A stretch of DNA of 45,667 nt from Nemertoderma westbladi (Eukaryota > Animalia > Xenacoelomorpha). The stretch covers positions 1 to 45,667 of the forward strand of contig JAUCBJ010007143.1 of NCBI GenBank assembly GCA_032718475.1, in the 5' to 3' direction. Below, in pieces: positions 1-12,604 of this stretch. Position 1 is the first letter of the stretch; each line of letters opens with the position of its first letter. The position numbers and the translations under genes were made by a program. The notes beneath the pieces are model-generated. The model was not told the DNA's origin. It ran no database searches and saw nothing but the letters and a program-made list of their open reading frames with translations.

Positions 1-264
1 AACACGTTGTTACTATCAATAATAGAATACAATATTATATTGACTGTAAGAGTGAGGTTGTCGAAGAACATACGTATGAAAGAAGGTAAAATCCCCCCCC
101 CCCCCCCCGGATACTCCCATGCTGAAAAACATTATTACATTACATTTTTCGAACCTCATACAGTATATACGTAAATAACATAGGGGCATAATAAACACTG
201 CATTATTATATCATTATATTGATAATGATTCCCTCTGTAAAACCAAGACAATACTGTACAGTAG

Positions 265-397
265 ATTAGCCGTAACGCGACCATTAGCCGCAACGCGACT
301 TTTACAGTAGCCGTACCGCGACTTTCAAAGTCGCGTTACGGCTAATCTTCCAAAAAATTAGCCGTCCCAAAAAATTAGCCGTAACGCGACGACACCG
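265..397. repeat. Cluster of direct and inverted ATTAGCCGTAACGCGAC motifs; probable DNA-transposon/MITE terminus
   Basis: About 4 direct copies plus one inverted copy (GTCGCGTTACGGCTAAT, ~330-346); no partner end or TSD identified. Confidence 0.5.
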
Positions 398-3198
398 GTA
401 TGAGTCCCTTGCTGAGACGCCTGGGAGAAAGTACTACTGTATAATACTGAAATTGCGCTCCTACTGGCACTGAAAATCTTAAAGTAAAGTGTAAATTTTG
501 GCAGGACTTTGCTATAAATGAAATGATTGCGTGGGTGTATATCCTTCAATCACACCACACACACTGGGGCTTTACCGAAGCTGAAGCACACATTGTCATC
601 GTAATAATGATTTACAGCAGCTAGGAGATTGTATGCTTCGCTTCTAATATCCATGGAGATCGATATTGTACTTGGGAACAGACTTGGTGATGTCGTCATA
701 TTTATAACCAACTATAATTCTTTTATTTGAGCATAACAATATAACTACTGTACAGTAGTGATGTTGTATGGTAAGGTACAGTACTGTAGGCCTACAAACT
801 CGTAACACGTGATCAGGAAGCTAACTACTGATTTGCTTTTTAGATCAACCTTTCTAATTTGATTATTTGCGTTAAGAATCACTTTTTTTGTACATTACAT
901 ATATATTATATTATTGTTTCATTATTTGTTTATTATTGTTATTTTAATAATCTGAACATACCGGTACAATCCTCTTACGACCTCATGAAGTATAATTGAT
1001 CTTCGTAGCTCGGAAACTACCTAAATAAAAACTACCTTAAAATTCAATAAATTTTTAAACTCACTATACACACGGTTAATATTTGCGACCATCCATTGTG
1101 CGCCATTGCATTAACTCCTATAACCTATACAGTAAGACCCAAAGCACAGCTTGTAATATACATTAGAGAAACGTCATTCCAAAAATGCGACATACACTAA
1201 TTTACAGTGGATGTCATTTTTAGAGGCAATACATTTTTAGAGCGCATGTCATCGCATTATTGGTTAGACGACGCCCTGCCACATTGACAGGCGGGGAGAG
1301 TGATTATGGGGTTTGAGGCTAGACTCTCACGTTCAACTACGACCGTGGTCACAGCGCAGCCATCAGCGGCGGCTGGTTGGTAAACCCGCCGCAGGTAGGA
1401 CAGTGGAAGTTCAAGAGCACCGAATGAGGGCAGACTAACGAAGTTCTGATTAAGGACATGTGTGGTGGTTGGTAATGATGAAATTTGTGTATTGATAAAT
1501 TCAACTACTGTAATAAATCGCACCGGGTCGGGCTCTAACAGCTGATGGCCCTAAATCTTGTGATGACACATGTACTGTACACTAAAATGCTACACTGGGT
1601 CCATTGTGTCCAGTCCAATGAACATATCCAACCAGACCCTATACAGTAGTGGATGTGTGTCATTAGTCCCCCAATATTAACACTTGGTTTTGGTACAACG
1701 ATTTGGTAATTTTGTTGACAAGGCGGCACAGTATTCATTGTATTGGGTCGTTTGTCATTGGTGTTTGGACAGGAAATCGCAAAATAATTTTACATAATTT
1801 TCTAATACAATAAATGATTTTGTGCAAATGTTGTTTATATACAATGTTTGTGTCATTTTATTTTACTAACCCACGAATAAGTGGCTCCTTGCTTAACAAT
1901 AAATAAAACATTCTAATGCAGCATGCTGACAGAAGAGAAAGGGTGCGGAGAAATTTAATAGGTTGTATCCAATTCAATGTTGTATCATTTTGAAAAATTT
2001 CAACATGTTATTTAAAATTCTCACTGGCTTGTGTTTGCTGTACCGGTATTCCTTTAGCTATACCTACTGCAGTTATCTTTTGATGTTTGAATTTATGCAA
2101 TCGGTGGTTCTGTGAAATTTGTATTTGTCTTTTTCGCCGATTTAAAAAATGTTCTGTTAATCAGGAAACACTAATTACACGATTATTTAAAATATCGTTC
2201 CCTATGGGCGCAAAATCCCTTTCTCAGTCAGTGTGTACAGTATGCAACATTTATTACGCCTCAAATCAATGAACTACAGTATGTGAGATTGTGAAATTGA
2301 TATACTACTGTATACCAATCAATGTACTTACAGTACTGTACTTCCTTTATCCCTTTACTTCTGTACTCTACAGTACAGTTAGTAACAGTACTGTGGAATA
2401 GACTCAGACACGAGTATTAAGTTAAGAAGCACTGCCTATTTTCCTAATGTTTAATTCCTAATGCAGCCTTCGCAGCAAGCCTCATATGGTGTGATGAGTG
2501 ATTGAATGCAATTGGTATGTGTGTATAGTATAAGCCCGAAGTGCCAGCTGGGTTCTAATGCCTGTGGAAGTTTAAATGCCTTAGGTTAGGAATATGAGTA
2601 TTGTTGTATATTATAGGCTACAGGCTACTGCACTGGCTGGCGTTCATATAAGCATTGTGTTGCTCCAGTAACAACGGTCTCCATTTATGGCAGTAAGTAA
2701 TATTAGAGAGCCACCCTGATACATTACTACTTCTACCTTATAGAGGTTATCCTGTATATAATATACCCTTGTGTTGAATATTAGACTGCAGTTGTATAAC
2801 TTGGCAAAACGGTGAACTAGGTAAATTAATTAATACTCTTTGTATTAAAATGGTAATCTTAGTATGAGGATATGAGTTGGGGAGGAATTCTTTATTGCAT
2901 ATTCGCAGACTAAATTATCAATATTTCCTTGAGTGTTATTTGTTGTTTGTTGTTTATTTTTTGGATAATGATTATTAGATGCTGGGATATATGAAACTGT
3001 AACAAAGACAACGCCTTACCACATAGGATATAAAAGGTAAGTTTATTTATATCCAATCTGTAATATGTATGTAGATCGATAAATCATTAGAGTATTAATT
3101 CGAGTGCCTCCATTGCCTCATAAATTCGAAAATATAATTGTAAATTTGATATCGAAATTTAGAAAATATATTTCACATTCTGTAAAGTGACGGAGATG

Positions 3199-3229
<31 letters not shown>

Positions 3230-4042
3230 TTGGGGTGGGTGGTATCATAAATATAAAAAATATGCCTAAAATGGCATATTTTTTTCTCTTTGCTTTAGAA
3301 ATTAAACATTGTTTACTGTCAGCCTACTGTACTCTACTCCTTTCAGCTTTTCCCATAATAGAAAAGAGCATCACCCCCCCCCCCCCCTCCCCCAAGACCC
3401 ACAATTTACACGTACAGTATATCCTGTAATAAACAGTTTTTCGAATACAAACTCCAAGTCGTAATTTAGCCCTTCTAATTTACAGTAGTACTAACATATT
3501 TTAGCTACTATTTGTACTGTACAACCTGTCTGACAGTAGGCAGGCAGTCAACAGAGGGTGTACAGTAGCGATGTTGTAGGCCACTATATCACATTACGTT
3601 TATTATTTTGGTTTTAGGGTTAGTTGGCCAGGCATCAAGCATAATGGAAACCTCATCATGTGAACCTAATCAATCTAAGATATTCAGTAGAATTTTGGAT
3701 ATTATTGCCCTATAGGCCTGGAGGGCCGTTAATTTGTCGGTTTATTTGTCTGGCACAAACCATAATTAAAGCTGTAAAGTAATTTAACCATAACCCTAAC
3801 TCATGATGAGGCTCTAAACCAAGACTTTCCACAAAATTTCTGAAAAGGCCTCATATCTTTTTTGGGGTGGGGTGGGATTGTCGCAAATCCAATCTCTACG
3901 AATTAATATTTGTGTCGATTTTTCTTTGGAGTCCAAGTTCCCTTCCCTCATCTGGAGAAATTACTCATTGTATGTGCTTTTCAACTGAGTTTCTTATATC
4001 AATTTAATAGAATAAAAATAATGCTAAAATAATAGGCAAAGG

Positions 4043-4266
4043 CTACTGACCGGACCCATTGCTCAATTGACCGGACCCGTTGACCGGACCCATTGCCATT
4101 TAAAGGAGCAGGTTAGTAAATGAGCAGGGTATACAGAGGCGTGTCTATGTCAGAGGGTATTATGCAGGTTACTTAATTGTGGTAATATGGGTCCGGTCAA
4201 TAATACACAAGTAAAATATACATAAAATATAAAGCTTCAATACGGTATTTGAGGGTCCGGCCACTA
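4043..4266. mobile_element. MITE-like remnant
   Basis: Three TGACCGGACCC copies on the left, with inverted GGGTCCGGTCA (~4189) and GGGTCCGGCCA (~4253) on the right; no clear TSD. Confidence 0.45.
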
Positions 4267-4413
4267 ATTTAATGATTGATATGTTTTTAAGGTGAACATA
4301 CTAGGGGCCTACATACATCAATATTGAATGAATCGAATATGTAAATTAAACAGGATGTTTTGATGAATAACAATATAGCAATTGAAGCGAAAAAATAAAT
4401 TAGCCACGTACTC

Positions 4414-5167
4414 TACCAAGTACCAATCAGGTATGCAGATGCTTGCTATACACCACGTTGGTCGTTGGCTCCTTAATAAGTACCAATCAGGTAGGCAGAT
4501 GCTTGCTATACACCACGGTAGCTCCTTACCAAGTACCAATCAGGTAGGCAGATGCTTGCTATACACCACGGTAGCTCCTTACCAAGTACCAATCAGGTAT
4601 GCAGATGCTTGCTATACACCACGGTGGCTCCTTACCAAGTACCAATCAGGTATGCAGATGCTTGCTATACAACACGGTGGCTCCTTAATAAGTACCAATC
4701 AGGTAGGCAGATGCTTGCTATACACCACGGTGGCTCCTTACCAAGTACCAATCAGGTATGCAGATGCTTGCTATACACCACGGTGGCTCCTTAACAAGTA
4801 CCAATCAGGTATGCAGATGCTTGCTATACACCACGGTGGCTCCTTGCTTACCAAGTACCAATCAGGTAGGCAGATGCTTGCTATACACCACGGTGGCTCC
4901 TTACCAAGTACCAATCAGGTATGCAGATGCTTGCTATACACCACGATGGCTCCTTACCAAGTACCAATCAGGTATGCAGATGCTTGCTACTGTATACACC
5001 ACGGTTGCTCCTTACTTACCAAGTACCAATCAGGTAGGCAGATGCTTGCTATACACCACGGTGGCTCCTTACCAAGTACCAATCAGGTAGGCAGATGCTT
5101 GCTATACACCACGGTGGCTCCTTACCAAGTACCAATCAGGTATGCAGATGCTTGCTATACACCACGG
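4414..5167. repeat. 53-bp minisatellite, left part (~14 units)
   Basis: Unit TACCAAGTACCAATCAGGTATGCAGATGCTTGCTATACACCACGGTGGCTCCT repeated head-to-tail. Confidence 0.97.
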
Positions 5168-6217
5168 TTTTGTTCTAGTGTCAAGCTTGGGGGAACCAAT
5201 GAGACACCTCCAATGTTATATAGTGTCTGGTTGGAGATGTGTGCATTGTACTTGACACAATGAACCCGGCGTAGCATTCTTGTAAATGTGCTATCCAGAG
5301 ATTTGGTGTCCTCAGCAGTTAGAGCCCAGCATGGACTCCCGTAGAGGAGTACTGGAACTACTGCTGCTCTAAATAATCGGACCTTAAGTTTCCGATTAAT
5401 TCTCAGTGACTTCCAAATCCTGGAAAGCCTATTTAAGGCTGCCCATGCCTTTCCCTTACGTATTCGAAGGTCCTCACCTGACTTCCGGATCCATGATCCC
5501 AGGTAACAGAAGTCGTCCACATGCTCAAGCATACCATCCTTTGAGATTATGCTCATCCGATCAGAGACTTGCTGAGGACTTTCAAAGTTAACTGTCAAAA
5601 TTTTGATCTTTCTGGAGTTAATAAAAAGACCAACACTAGAAGCAGCATGTTCTGATGAGCTGAGGAGCCGTTGGGCTCCCTCTAATGTTTCTGAGAGTAC
5701 TCCTAAGTCATCAGCAAAGTCTAGATCAGTTAGGTACTTGGCAGGATTTCCTCGACTTCTGGAGCCAGTAGGTGGAGTTATCATCACCCCATCATCATTA
5801 TGATGATCTAAGGACATGCGTAGAATATAGTCAACCACAATAATGAACAAGAATGGTGCAAGTGTGTCTCCTTGGAGGACGCCCCATAACACTTCAAATG
5901 GTTCTGTGTCACCGTCAACAGTAGACACAAATGTTGTCGAACCATCGTATACTGATCTGATTGCTGCAATAATTAAACATTACAGTCTTGTATAGAGCTC
6001 CTGTATTTCCTACGAAATAGAATATGGTCTATCTGGGACTTGTGACCACTGGGTCCACTATGAGTCCATAGCTTTCCAGTTCGCTTCTTGAACTGGGTTC
6101 CAGCCGAAAACAATCCATTTCCCGAGATAAAATCCTGAAGATGGACAGAATTTCGGTTAACACTATTGCTATAGACCCAGGGCGATGTAGGTGATTGATG
6201 CAGACTTGCCACATCCA
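5168..6217 (-). mobile_element. RTE-like non-LTR retrotransposon fragment (APE endonuclease C-terminus fused by deletion to the RT C-terminal half)
   Basis: ORF 5155-5928 has RT motifs GVLQGDTLAPFLF, DLDFADD, FCYLGS and VLLYGS. ORF 5973-6227 has the endonuclease motif WTHSGPSGHKSQIDHIL. Both element ends are missing. Confidence 0.9.
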
Positions 6218-6538
6218 TCCTTACCAAGTACCAATCAGGTATGCAGATGCTTGCTATACACTACGGTTGCTCCTTGCTTACCAAGTACCAATCAGGTATG
6301 CAGATGCTTGCTATACACCACGGTGGCTCCTTACCAAGTACCAATCAGGTATGCAGATGCTTGCTATACACCACGGTGGCTCCTTACCAAGTACCAATCA
6401 GGTATGCAGATGCTGCTAAACACCACGGTGGCTCCTTACCAAGTACCAATCAGGTATGCAGATGCTTGCTATACACCACGGTGGCTCCTTACCAAGTACC
6501 AATCAGGTATACAGATGCTTGCTATGTACCAATCAGGT
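6218..6538. repeat. 53-bp minisatellite, right part (~6 units)
   Basis: Same unit as 4414-5167, resuming after the RTE fragment. Confidence 0.95.
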
Positions 6539-7570
6539 GAGCAGATACACTCTAACCTGGTCCTTTCCCTAAAAAGATATTTAACATTTGAGGCGAAATA
6601 TTAATTCGCTGAGATGGGATTTGCGTCCACCCCCCCCCCCCCCCCTGTCTTTCTTTGTTGAATACATACCATACCCATACAGATGGGTTTAATCTGTATC
6701 CAAATCAAGTCACTAAAAATAAGTATAAACGGTCTCCCTGTGGCTGTGATGCCATAAGAACTGTTTTTTATGTAATACAATCTACGCCTACGTAATTCCA
6801 TTTAGAGAAATAAATCCATGGAATATAATGATTACTGTAGTTTGTGTTACGTCACGCAATCAACTTTCTGGAAACAATGACAATGATTATCCGGGAACAG
6901 CCCTATCGGCAGCAAGACAAATAATAATCTTATTAATTCAAACAACAAATGAGATGATAAACTACCTTAACTACTGTAGAGTTTCTAGGTAATCAAACTC
7001 TCATTGGTGATGATTAGTTTATTAATATAAGAAACGAAAGGCTATCCCAATTACTTGTCATTCATTTAATGCAAATTGTGCGTAAATCCCACATAATATT
7101 TATATACAAAAATAATAATTTTACGATGTTTTCCTTGCGTGGAGCAAATGAAAACCATAGTTTTGAAAGTCGTAGTTGCTGCAGCGAAAGTCAAAGTAAG
7201 TGTTCGTATTGTATATATACTGTAGGTGTACTGTACAGTACCACTTGGGTGGTTGGTGGGTGTATGACCGAGAGAAAACTTCCACCGTGTTCTATCTTCG
7301 TCCGCTAATTTTCAATTACTTCAAAGGGGCAGGTTCACAGTGTCTAATCAAAACAGTAATTAGTAACAAGTAATTCTAACCAAAACAATAAACGGGAATC
7401 GTCGCGCAGGTTATAGTTTCATAATCAGCTACCTGATAACTTATTGATTATTGAGTGGTAATTATTTATCAGGCGAAGATTGGATGTATCAAAGTTTACT
7501 ACATACCCTACGTCGAATTGTAGGCCTGGCCTACCGTCGTTCTTCGCAGAGTACATTAACCCTAACCGGC

Positions 7571-7760
7571 GGGTGTAAACGTTACGCCGACAACCGACAA
7601 CCCACGCCGACAACCATTATTAAAGCTAATTAATGTTATTTATTAATTGAGGGAAAGGAAGAGCTTACAGTGGAAGGTTATTCTAACCAAAACACGAACT
7701 CAGGTTACAATTTCATATTTGCTGTTGTCGGCATTGGTTGTCGGCGTAGCGTTTACACAC
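7571..7760. mobile_element. 190-bp Mutator-like MITE
   Basis: TIRs GGGTGTAAACGTTACGCCGACAACC / GGTTGTCGGCGTAGCGTTTACACAC, flanked by a 9-bp near-duplication CTAACCGGC / CTAACCGGT. Confidence 0.75.
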
Positions 7761-9054
7761 CTAACCGGTCTATTATGTGACGTTATTCTTTGTTAATAAC
7801 TCTGTTTTCTGTCAAATGATCAAATTAACTTGGTTAGTTTGGTTTATATTTTTAGCCTAACTCCGTTAACTACAGTACTGTTAATGATTGATTGCAGTGG
7901 ATTCGGAGGTCCAATCGATATTTTTTCGGCTTGGTGAAGGGGTTTTATTAAAATAGCCGGGTGTTTAGTGATTGAAAATAACCGTTCCTATCGGTTTATT
8001 TCACTCATTACGTGAGTTTTTATTTTACATTGGAATGGAACTTGGCCCAATCACTATTATTGTTACGCAACTTATTAGGTTTTACTGGTCGTAAGACGGC
8101 AGACGTGGGCGTCAGCGTGAAACATAGACTAGACTATATACTGTGATATTATTGAGTGCTGTGCTGTCTAAACCTTCGGTAATCCTTTTCCCAGAGAGTT
8201 ATCTTTCCCAGTTATACTATGCCCCCACCAGAGTTACCTGATATATAATATGCCATGTATTGTAATCTCTTTTTCTGAGAAATATGGCGTTTGTCACATT
8301 GGAACGCATCCCAACCTTTCAATCGTTTGTAAGTACAGTAGATAGTCCCTTATCTCATAACCTTGTAGATTTATTTGCTGTATAATTCCACTTATTTACA
8401 GCTATCTTTACTAAGAAAAAACATGCTGTATGTTTGCCTTTATTGTAATTTTTCTATTTGAATTATTCTTGTTAGATAGTTATGAATTTAAGGCATACAG
8501 CTATCCAATAGATTGGAATATACTCTTAAGGTCCAGTATCAATTGTACAGGCCTGGTCTTGTGGAAAATACCACTGGTAGTGTACCTCGGCCCGTTTGTT
8601 TTCTGCGAAAAGGCTACACCTGGAAATCCAACACACAGACCACATCATTACCGTCAGTCAACTCATGTTATCTCATAATGTTGCTGATAACATTGTAAGT
8701 AAAGATGTTGTATTTAAAGCCAGTGGATATTCTCTCAGCACATGCATGTTTGCATTACACTCAGTGATAATAATTACAGTATTCTCCTGGAATATAAGTT
8801 ATTGCATCATTTATTATAGCCATTCCTCTTACTTAGTCATATTTAGTGAATAATCTCAGCTGGTTTGTTTAATTTAACTTCGATTAATTGTTTGGTTTAC
8901 GCCTATCATAACGCCTCGGGCACTTTTATTTTATTCTTGAGATATTATAAATCATGATTCCATTACATGGGGCAAACGAAAACCAAAGCAGTGGGAGCAG
9001 CTACTGCAACAGCAGTTGCAAACGTAAGTAGATATTTCAATCTTAAGTAGAAAG

Positions 9055-9169
9055 CTGTCGTAGTTTAGACAGCGTCTGAACTGCTTTCAGGGTGTGTTTG
9101 GCGGCGCAGGTTCGAATCAAAGGAAAGGCTGTAGAAATTTCGCTCTGTTGTGTCTTTGGACAAGACGCT
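9055..9169 (+). mobile_element. Degenerate tRNA-derived SINE 5' fragment
   Basis: B-box-like GGTTCGAATC followed by a SINE-core-like TGTTGTGTCTTTGGACAAGACGCT; no intact cloverleaf. Confidence 0.45.
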
Positions 9170-9487
9170 AGATGTTAGTACTTTCGCAAACCCAGAGGCA
9201 CAATGTAATCCTGGCTTCTAATGGGGGTGCAAAAAGGGTATACCATATATTATACCTATATAGAATATCACATAGATAGGCTATAGGGCCATAGATCATT
9301 ATACCTATACCTATATAAAAAGGATAAATAGCTATGCAGGGTTGTTCAACCTTGGGGGTCAATGGGACACCCTCCCTCCCTGCCTAACAGGTAACAGCCA
9401 AGAGAGATGAGGGTTGTTTCACATTCACGGTTAACTCCATTTTTCTTAATTTCATCTGAGGACCGGATCCAGTTACTGTATTTAATT

Positions 9488-9716
9488 ATATAATAATAAT
9501 CGGCATGGTGCATTGAAGCTGCACATTGAGATTCTGGCTTAACAAAAACATTTATTTTGCCACCACCACCTCGCAATCCACAATTGGCAAGCCCAATGCA
9601 GCGTGCGTTAAAAATGCTATGCCGGCTTATCAACAAAGTTGTACCGCCACAACTCCCTATCCTTCCAAGGACAGTGTCCTTTAAGTGGCTTCTCAAGAAA
9701 GTCATGGGCTTTCCCC
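9488..9716 (-). mobile_element. RTE-like LINE 3' end fragment
   Basis: The reverse complement matches 41890-42110 (ACTTTCTTGAGA..TTAAAGGACAC..AGGGAGTTGTGG..AAGCCGGCA..CATGCCGAT) and ends in an (ATT)n-type tail. Confidence 0.75.
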
Positions 9717-9931
9717 CAATGCGTATTTTCTTTTAAGAATAAAGTGAGCAGAAAGAAAGATAAACAAAAAATAATAACTATATGATACAACACGAGGATC
9801 TAAATGGTGGATTCCCACGGAAGCATATTGTTTAACGTAGATAAATAAATACATAAATACAAAACAATACAAAACAAAATACAAACCAAACCAAACAAAT
9901 AAAAATCTTAATATAGAAACCTGCTACATCT

Positions 9932-10303
9932 ACAATGCATGTACTGGTACACATAGAAATAATGCATGAATTGGAACACATAGAAAAAACATGCTTGCAT
10001 GAATTGGAACACATAGAAAAAAATGCATGCACTGGTACACATAGAAGCAATGCATGATGCACTGGTACACATATAAACAATGCATGTACTGGTACACATA
10101 GAACAATGCATCCACTGGTAAACATTGAAAAAAATGCATGCACTGGTACACATAGAAACAATGCATGCACTGGAACACATAGAAACAATGCACGCACTGG
10201 TACACATAGAAACAATGCATGCACTGGAACACATAGAAACAATGCACGCACTGGTACGCATGGAAACATTACATGCACTGGTACACATATAAACAATGCA
10301 TGA
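9932..10303. repeat. 27-bp minisatellite, left part
   Basis: Unit AATGCATGCACTGGTACACATAGAAAC; the array resumes at 28040. Confidence 0.95.
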
Positions 10304-11162
10304 TGTTCGCGCTTTTGAAGACCTTTAGCAGTTTAACCTGCCAAAATTTATATGTCTTTTAGTTAATTAACACACCTTTAGCATACGACAATATTTTATG
10401 CTAATAAACAAAACATTAGCCGAAGCCAGCCCATGCGCGATCATTCACCCGATGGATCTACACCCGGGAGGCTGAATTCGGATGCTTAGATTTTATTATT
10501 GCAGTGTAAGGTTGCAGTGTAAAACTATTGTATTATTCGATAGATCACTAATATGTAATTTCTGACAGATATTATTAACTTTCGGGAAATATTAACAGTT
10601 CCTTTAGGACGTGGCGCTCTATCTATTTAAACAGAGCTAGGACTTATACTAAACGCAACGATAAGGCTTATGATTAAAGTATAAGTCGCATTCTTTAGGA
10701 AATGCTTTGTTACCAGTCACATCACACTCACAATCATGCACACTATTCTGCCGACCGTCAGTATATTTGATCACACATAAAGAGAACAGCAATTGACTCA
10801 GGTAGTGTCTACTAAATAACATTAGATTCAATACACACCACATTGATATAAATCGCAATTGTTATATATAGCCCGCCTCTCTAACCTGTAGTGTATCAAG
10901 AAAATTGGGAATTTTGGGTGATTTATCCGTATTCTCCAAAGAGCAATATTTCCATCAACAAATAGATACAATTAATAACTGACGGTAAATAGCAGTACAA
11001 ACAATATGATTAGTGCAGTTAAATTAAGTGAGGTAACACCGCCGGTAACAGTTATACTTTCTATAATCTAAGCAGTTTACTAGAGTTCTTCCCAAAAAGC
11101 CGGTGTTTCTGGCTTAGACAGCAATAACAACAAAGTATCAAGTAAAGCAGTAAGACTGAACA
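10304..11162 (-). repeat. 3' LTR of copy 1 (859 bp)
   Basis: Starts TGTTCGCG like the copies at 20577 and 45633, and ends ACTGAACA followed by the PPT complement. On the minus strand there is a TATA-like TTTAAATA (10631-10624) and an AATAAA (10497-10492). The right boundary is inferred from the terminal inverted repeat and PPT. Confidence 0.85.
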
Positions 11163-11170
11163 CTCTCCTT
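11163..11170 (-). promoter_or_regulatory. Polypurine tract
   Basis: Minus-strand AAGGAGAG immediately precedes TGTTCAG; repeated at 21435-21442. Confidence 0.7.
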
Positions 11171-11614
11171 ATGATCGGCTGAAAAGCTACACGTCGACAG
11201 GAAAAATCGCTCTGATTGGCTCAAGCCAAACAAAGAACCATGCGTCCAATGGCTGTTTCCATGTCAGCAACCAGCTGTTAGATGTCGTAATATGAATCAT
11301 CACGGCTAAGCTGTGAAAGGTAGTTGGTGCATTACAGGTTTTTTGCCTTACCATGTCCGCCAAAACACGTATATAGCAGAATGACTTTTATGTCCGTTAA
11401 AACACCTGTAACGGTACCTTGCGGGCGAGGGGAATATATATACAGTTAGAGAACCTTTTTAGAGTATTCCAGCGCCTGGGGGGAAACTGGATTGCGAAGC
11501 AAAAGGGGCCAGTTATATCCCACAGAAGCTTTTACACCGCTCCCAGAAAATGGGATTTAAGTCTATAAAATATACAAAATCACAGTTTCTCAAATACGAA
11601 AATACTCTAAACAG

Positions 11615-11947
11615 TTAGTCTTTCATGCGCGGACGGCGTTTACGCAGTTTTTTAAAGCTAGCCAGAGTCTTTTTCTCTTTGGGGCGAGCCACTTTACAAG
11701 GAGGGCTATAACTCCTGGGTGAAGGGTGCAACATGATTGCATCAGAGGGTATAGGATTATGGTCGGTGTATCCGCCAGTCGAAGTGCCGAGTTGATTGAC
11801 ATCAACGTCGGGGGAGAGGGGTCTAACGGCTTTGAGAGCTCGTTTCAAGACAGCCGCTCTTACGGGTCCTTTACGAGTGGTCTGAACGAGGGCCGTGGGT
11901 GGACCATAGGCAGTTAGAAACTTCCTTGGTTTAATGGTTCTTTCCAA
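11615..11947 (-). CDS. Putative accessory ORF of the LTR element, basic C-terminus
   Basis: Open in both copies (21887-22219); C-terminus KEKKTLASFKKLRKRRPR; TTG start, and the frame is open back to ~12097. Confidence 0.35.
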   Translation of the reverse strand: MERTIKPRKFLTAYGPPTALVQTTRKGPVRAAVLKRALKAVRPLSPDVDVNQLGTSTGGYTDHNPIPSDAIMLHPSPRSYSPPCKVARPKEKKTLASFKKLRKRRPRMKD

Positions 11948-12267
11948 CTCGCGTTCGCGGGCTCGGTACTCGTAAGGCCGTCGATATACTTCGTGTAACT
12001 CGATATGCGTGATTTCTGTTCGACAGAAGCGAATAGATAAGGATGGAACGCATAAATTCCTTCGTAAGCGCGTCCAGGATAATAGCGATGGCGCGAATCA
12101 CGATGTAAATCAGCGTTCGCTTCCCAAGCTCTAATGTAACGTAGTGTGATCATTTCATCTACGCTTTCCAAATCGCGATTAAAAGGGCAATCGAAACTGG
12201 CGTGTCCCTTTAGTGGACAGTGGTGACATTGAGTCATAAATTGAGGGCAAACCGCAAAAATATGCAA
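11914..12267 (-). CDS. Putative accessory ORF with CCHC zinc knuckle
   Basis: CHHCPLKGHASFDC fits CX2CX4HX4C; open in both copies (22186-22539); first in-frame ATG at MTQC. Confidence 0.45.
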   Translation of the reverse strand: MHIFAVCPQFMTQCHHCPLKGHASFDCPFNRDLESVDEMITLRYIRAWEANADLHRDSRHRYYPGRAYEGIYAFHPYLFASVEQKSRISSYTKYIDGLTSTEPANASWKEPLNQGSF

Positions 12268-12604
12268 ATTATTAAATCTGCAATACGCTCAATAAATTTC
12301 CATCACCGGTTGTTCGTGGAAATAGGAACAGCGGACGTTTGTGTCCATGGGCGTAACATGGTCTCTCGATGCGCATAACCGACAACGTTGCCGAGAAACA
12401 TAGTTGGCATGGCGATAATCGTACGCAGTAAGACACTGTGGACCTTGATACCATTCTAGGATGTAATCGTTGTCGCTGTTCTGAGCGCGATAGGCTGAAT
12501 CTCCTCAGATTCTAGGCATATTGGTTCGTCTTCCCAGTCTGCTACGAATAGAATTTTCGTGATCTATTCTCGGTTTATCGTTACGACTCCGCTGGGTATG
12601 ATAT

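Noticed and set aside
1257-1780. GC-richer stretch with short minus-strand ORFs
   Set aside because: No recognisable domain and multiple stops; cannot be assigned.
4414-6538. CRISPR-like array, or repeat-protein ORFs (4382-5263 etc.)
   Set aside because: Units are head-to-tail with no unique spacers and there are no cas genes; the ORFs are translations of the satellite.
9100-9125. tRNA gene
   Set aside because: Only a B-box-like motif with no cloverleaf; better explained as a SINE relic.
10649-10858. 69-aa ORF present three times
   Set aside because: Lies within the LTR, has a non-ATG start, and the identity only reflects LTR duplication.
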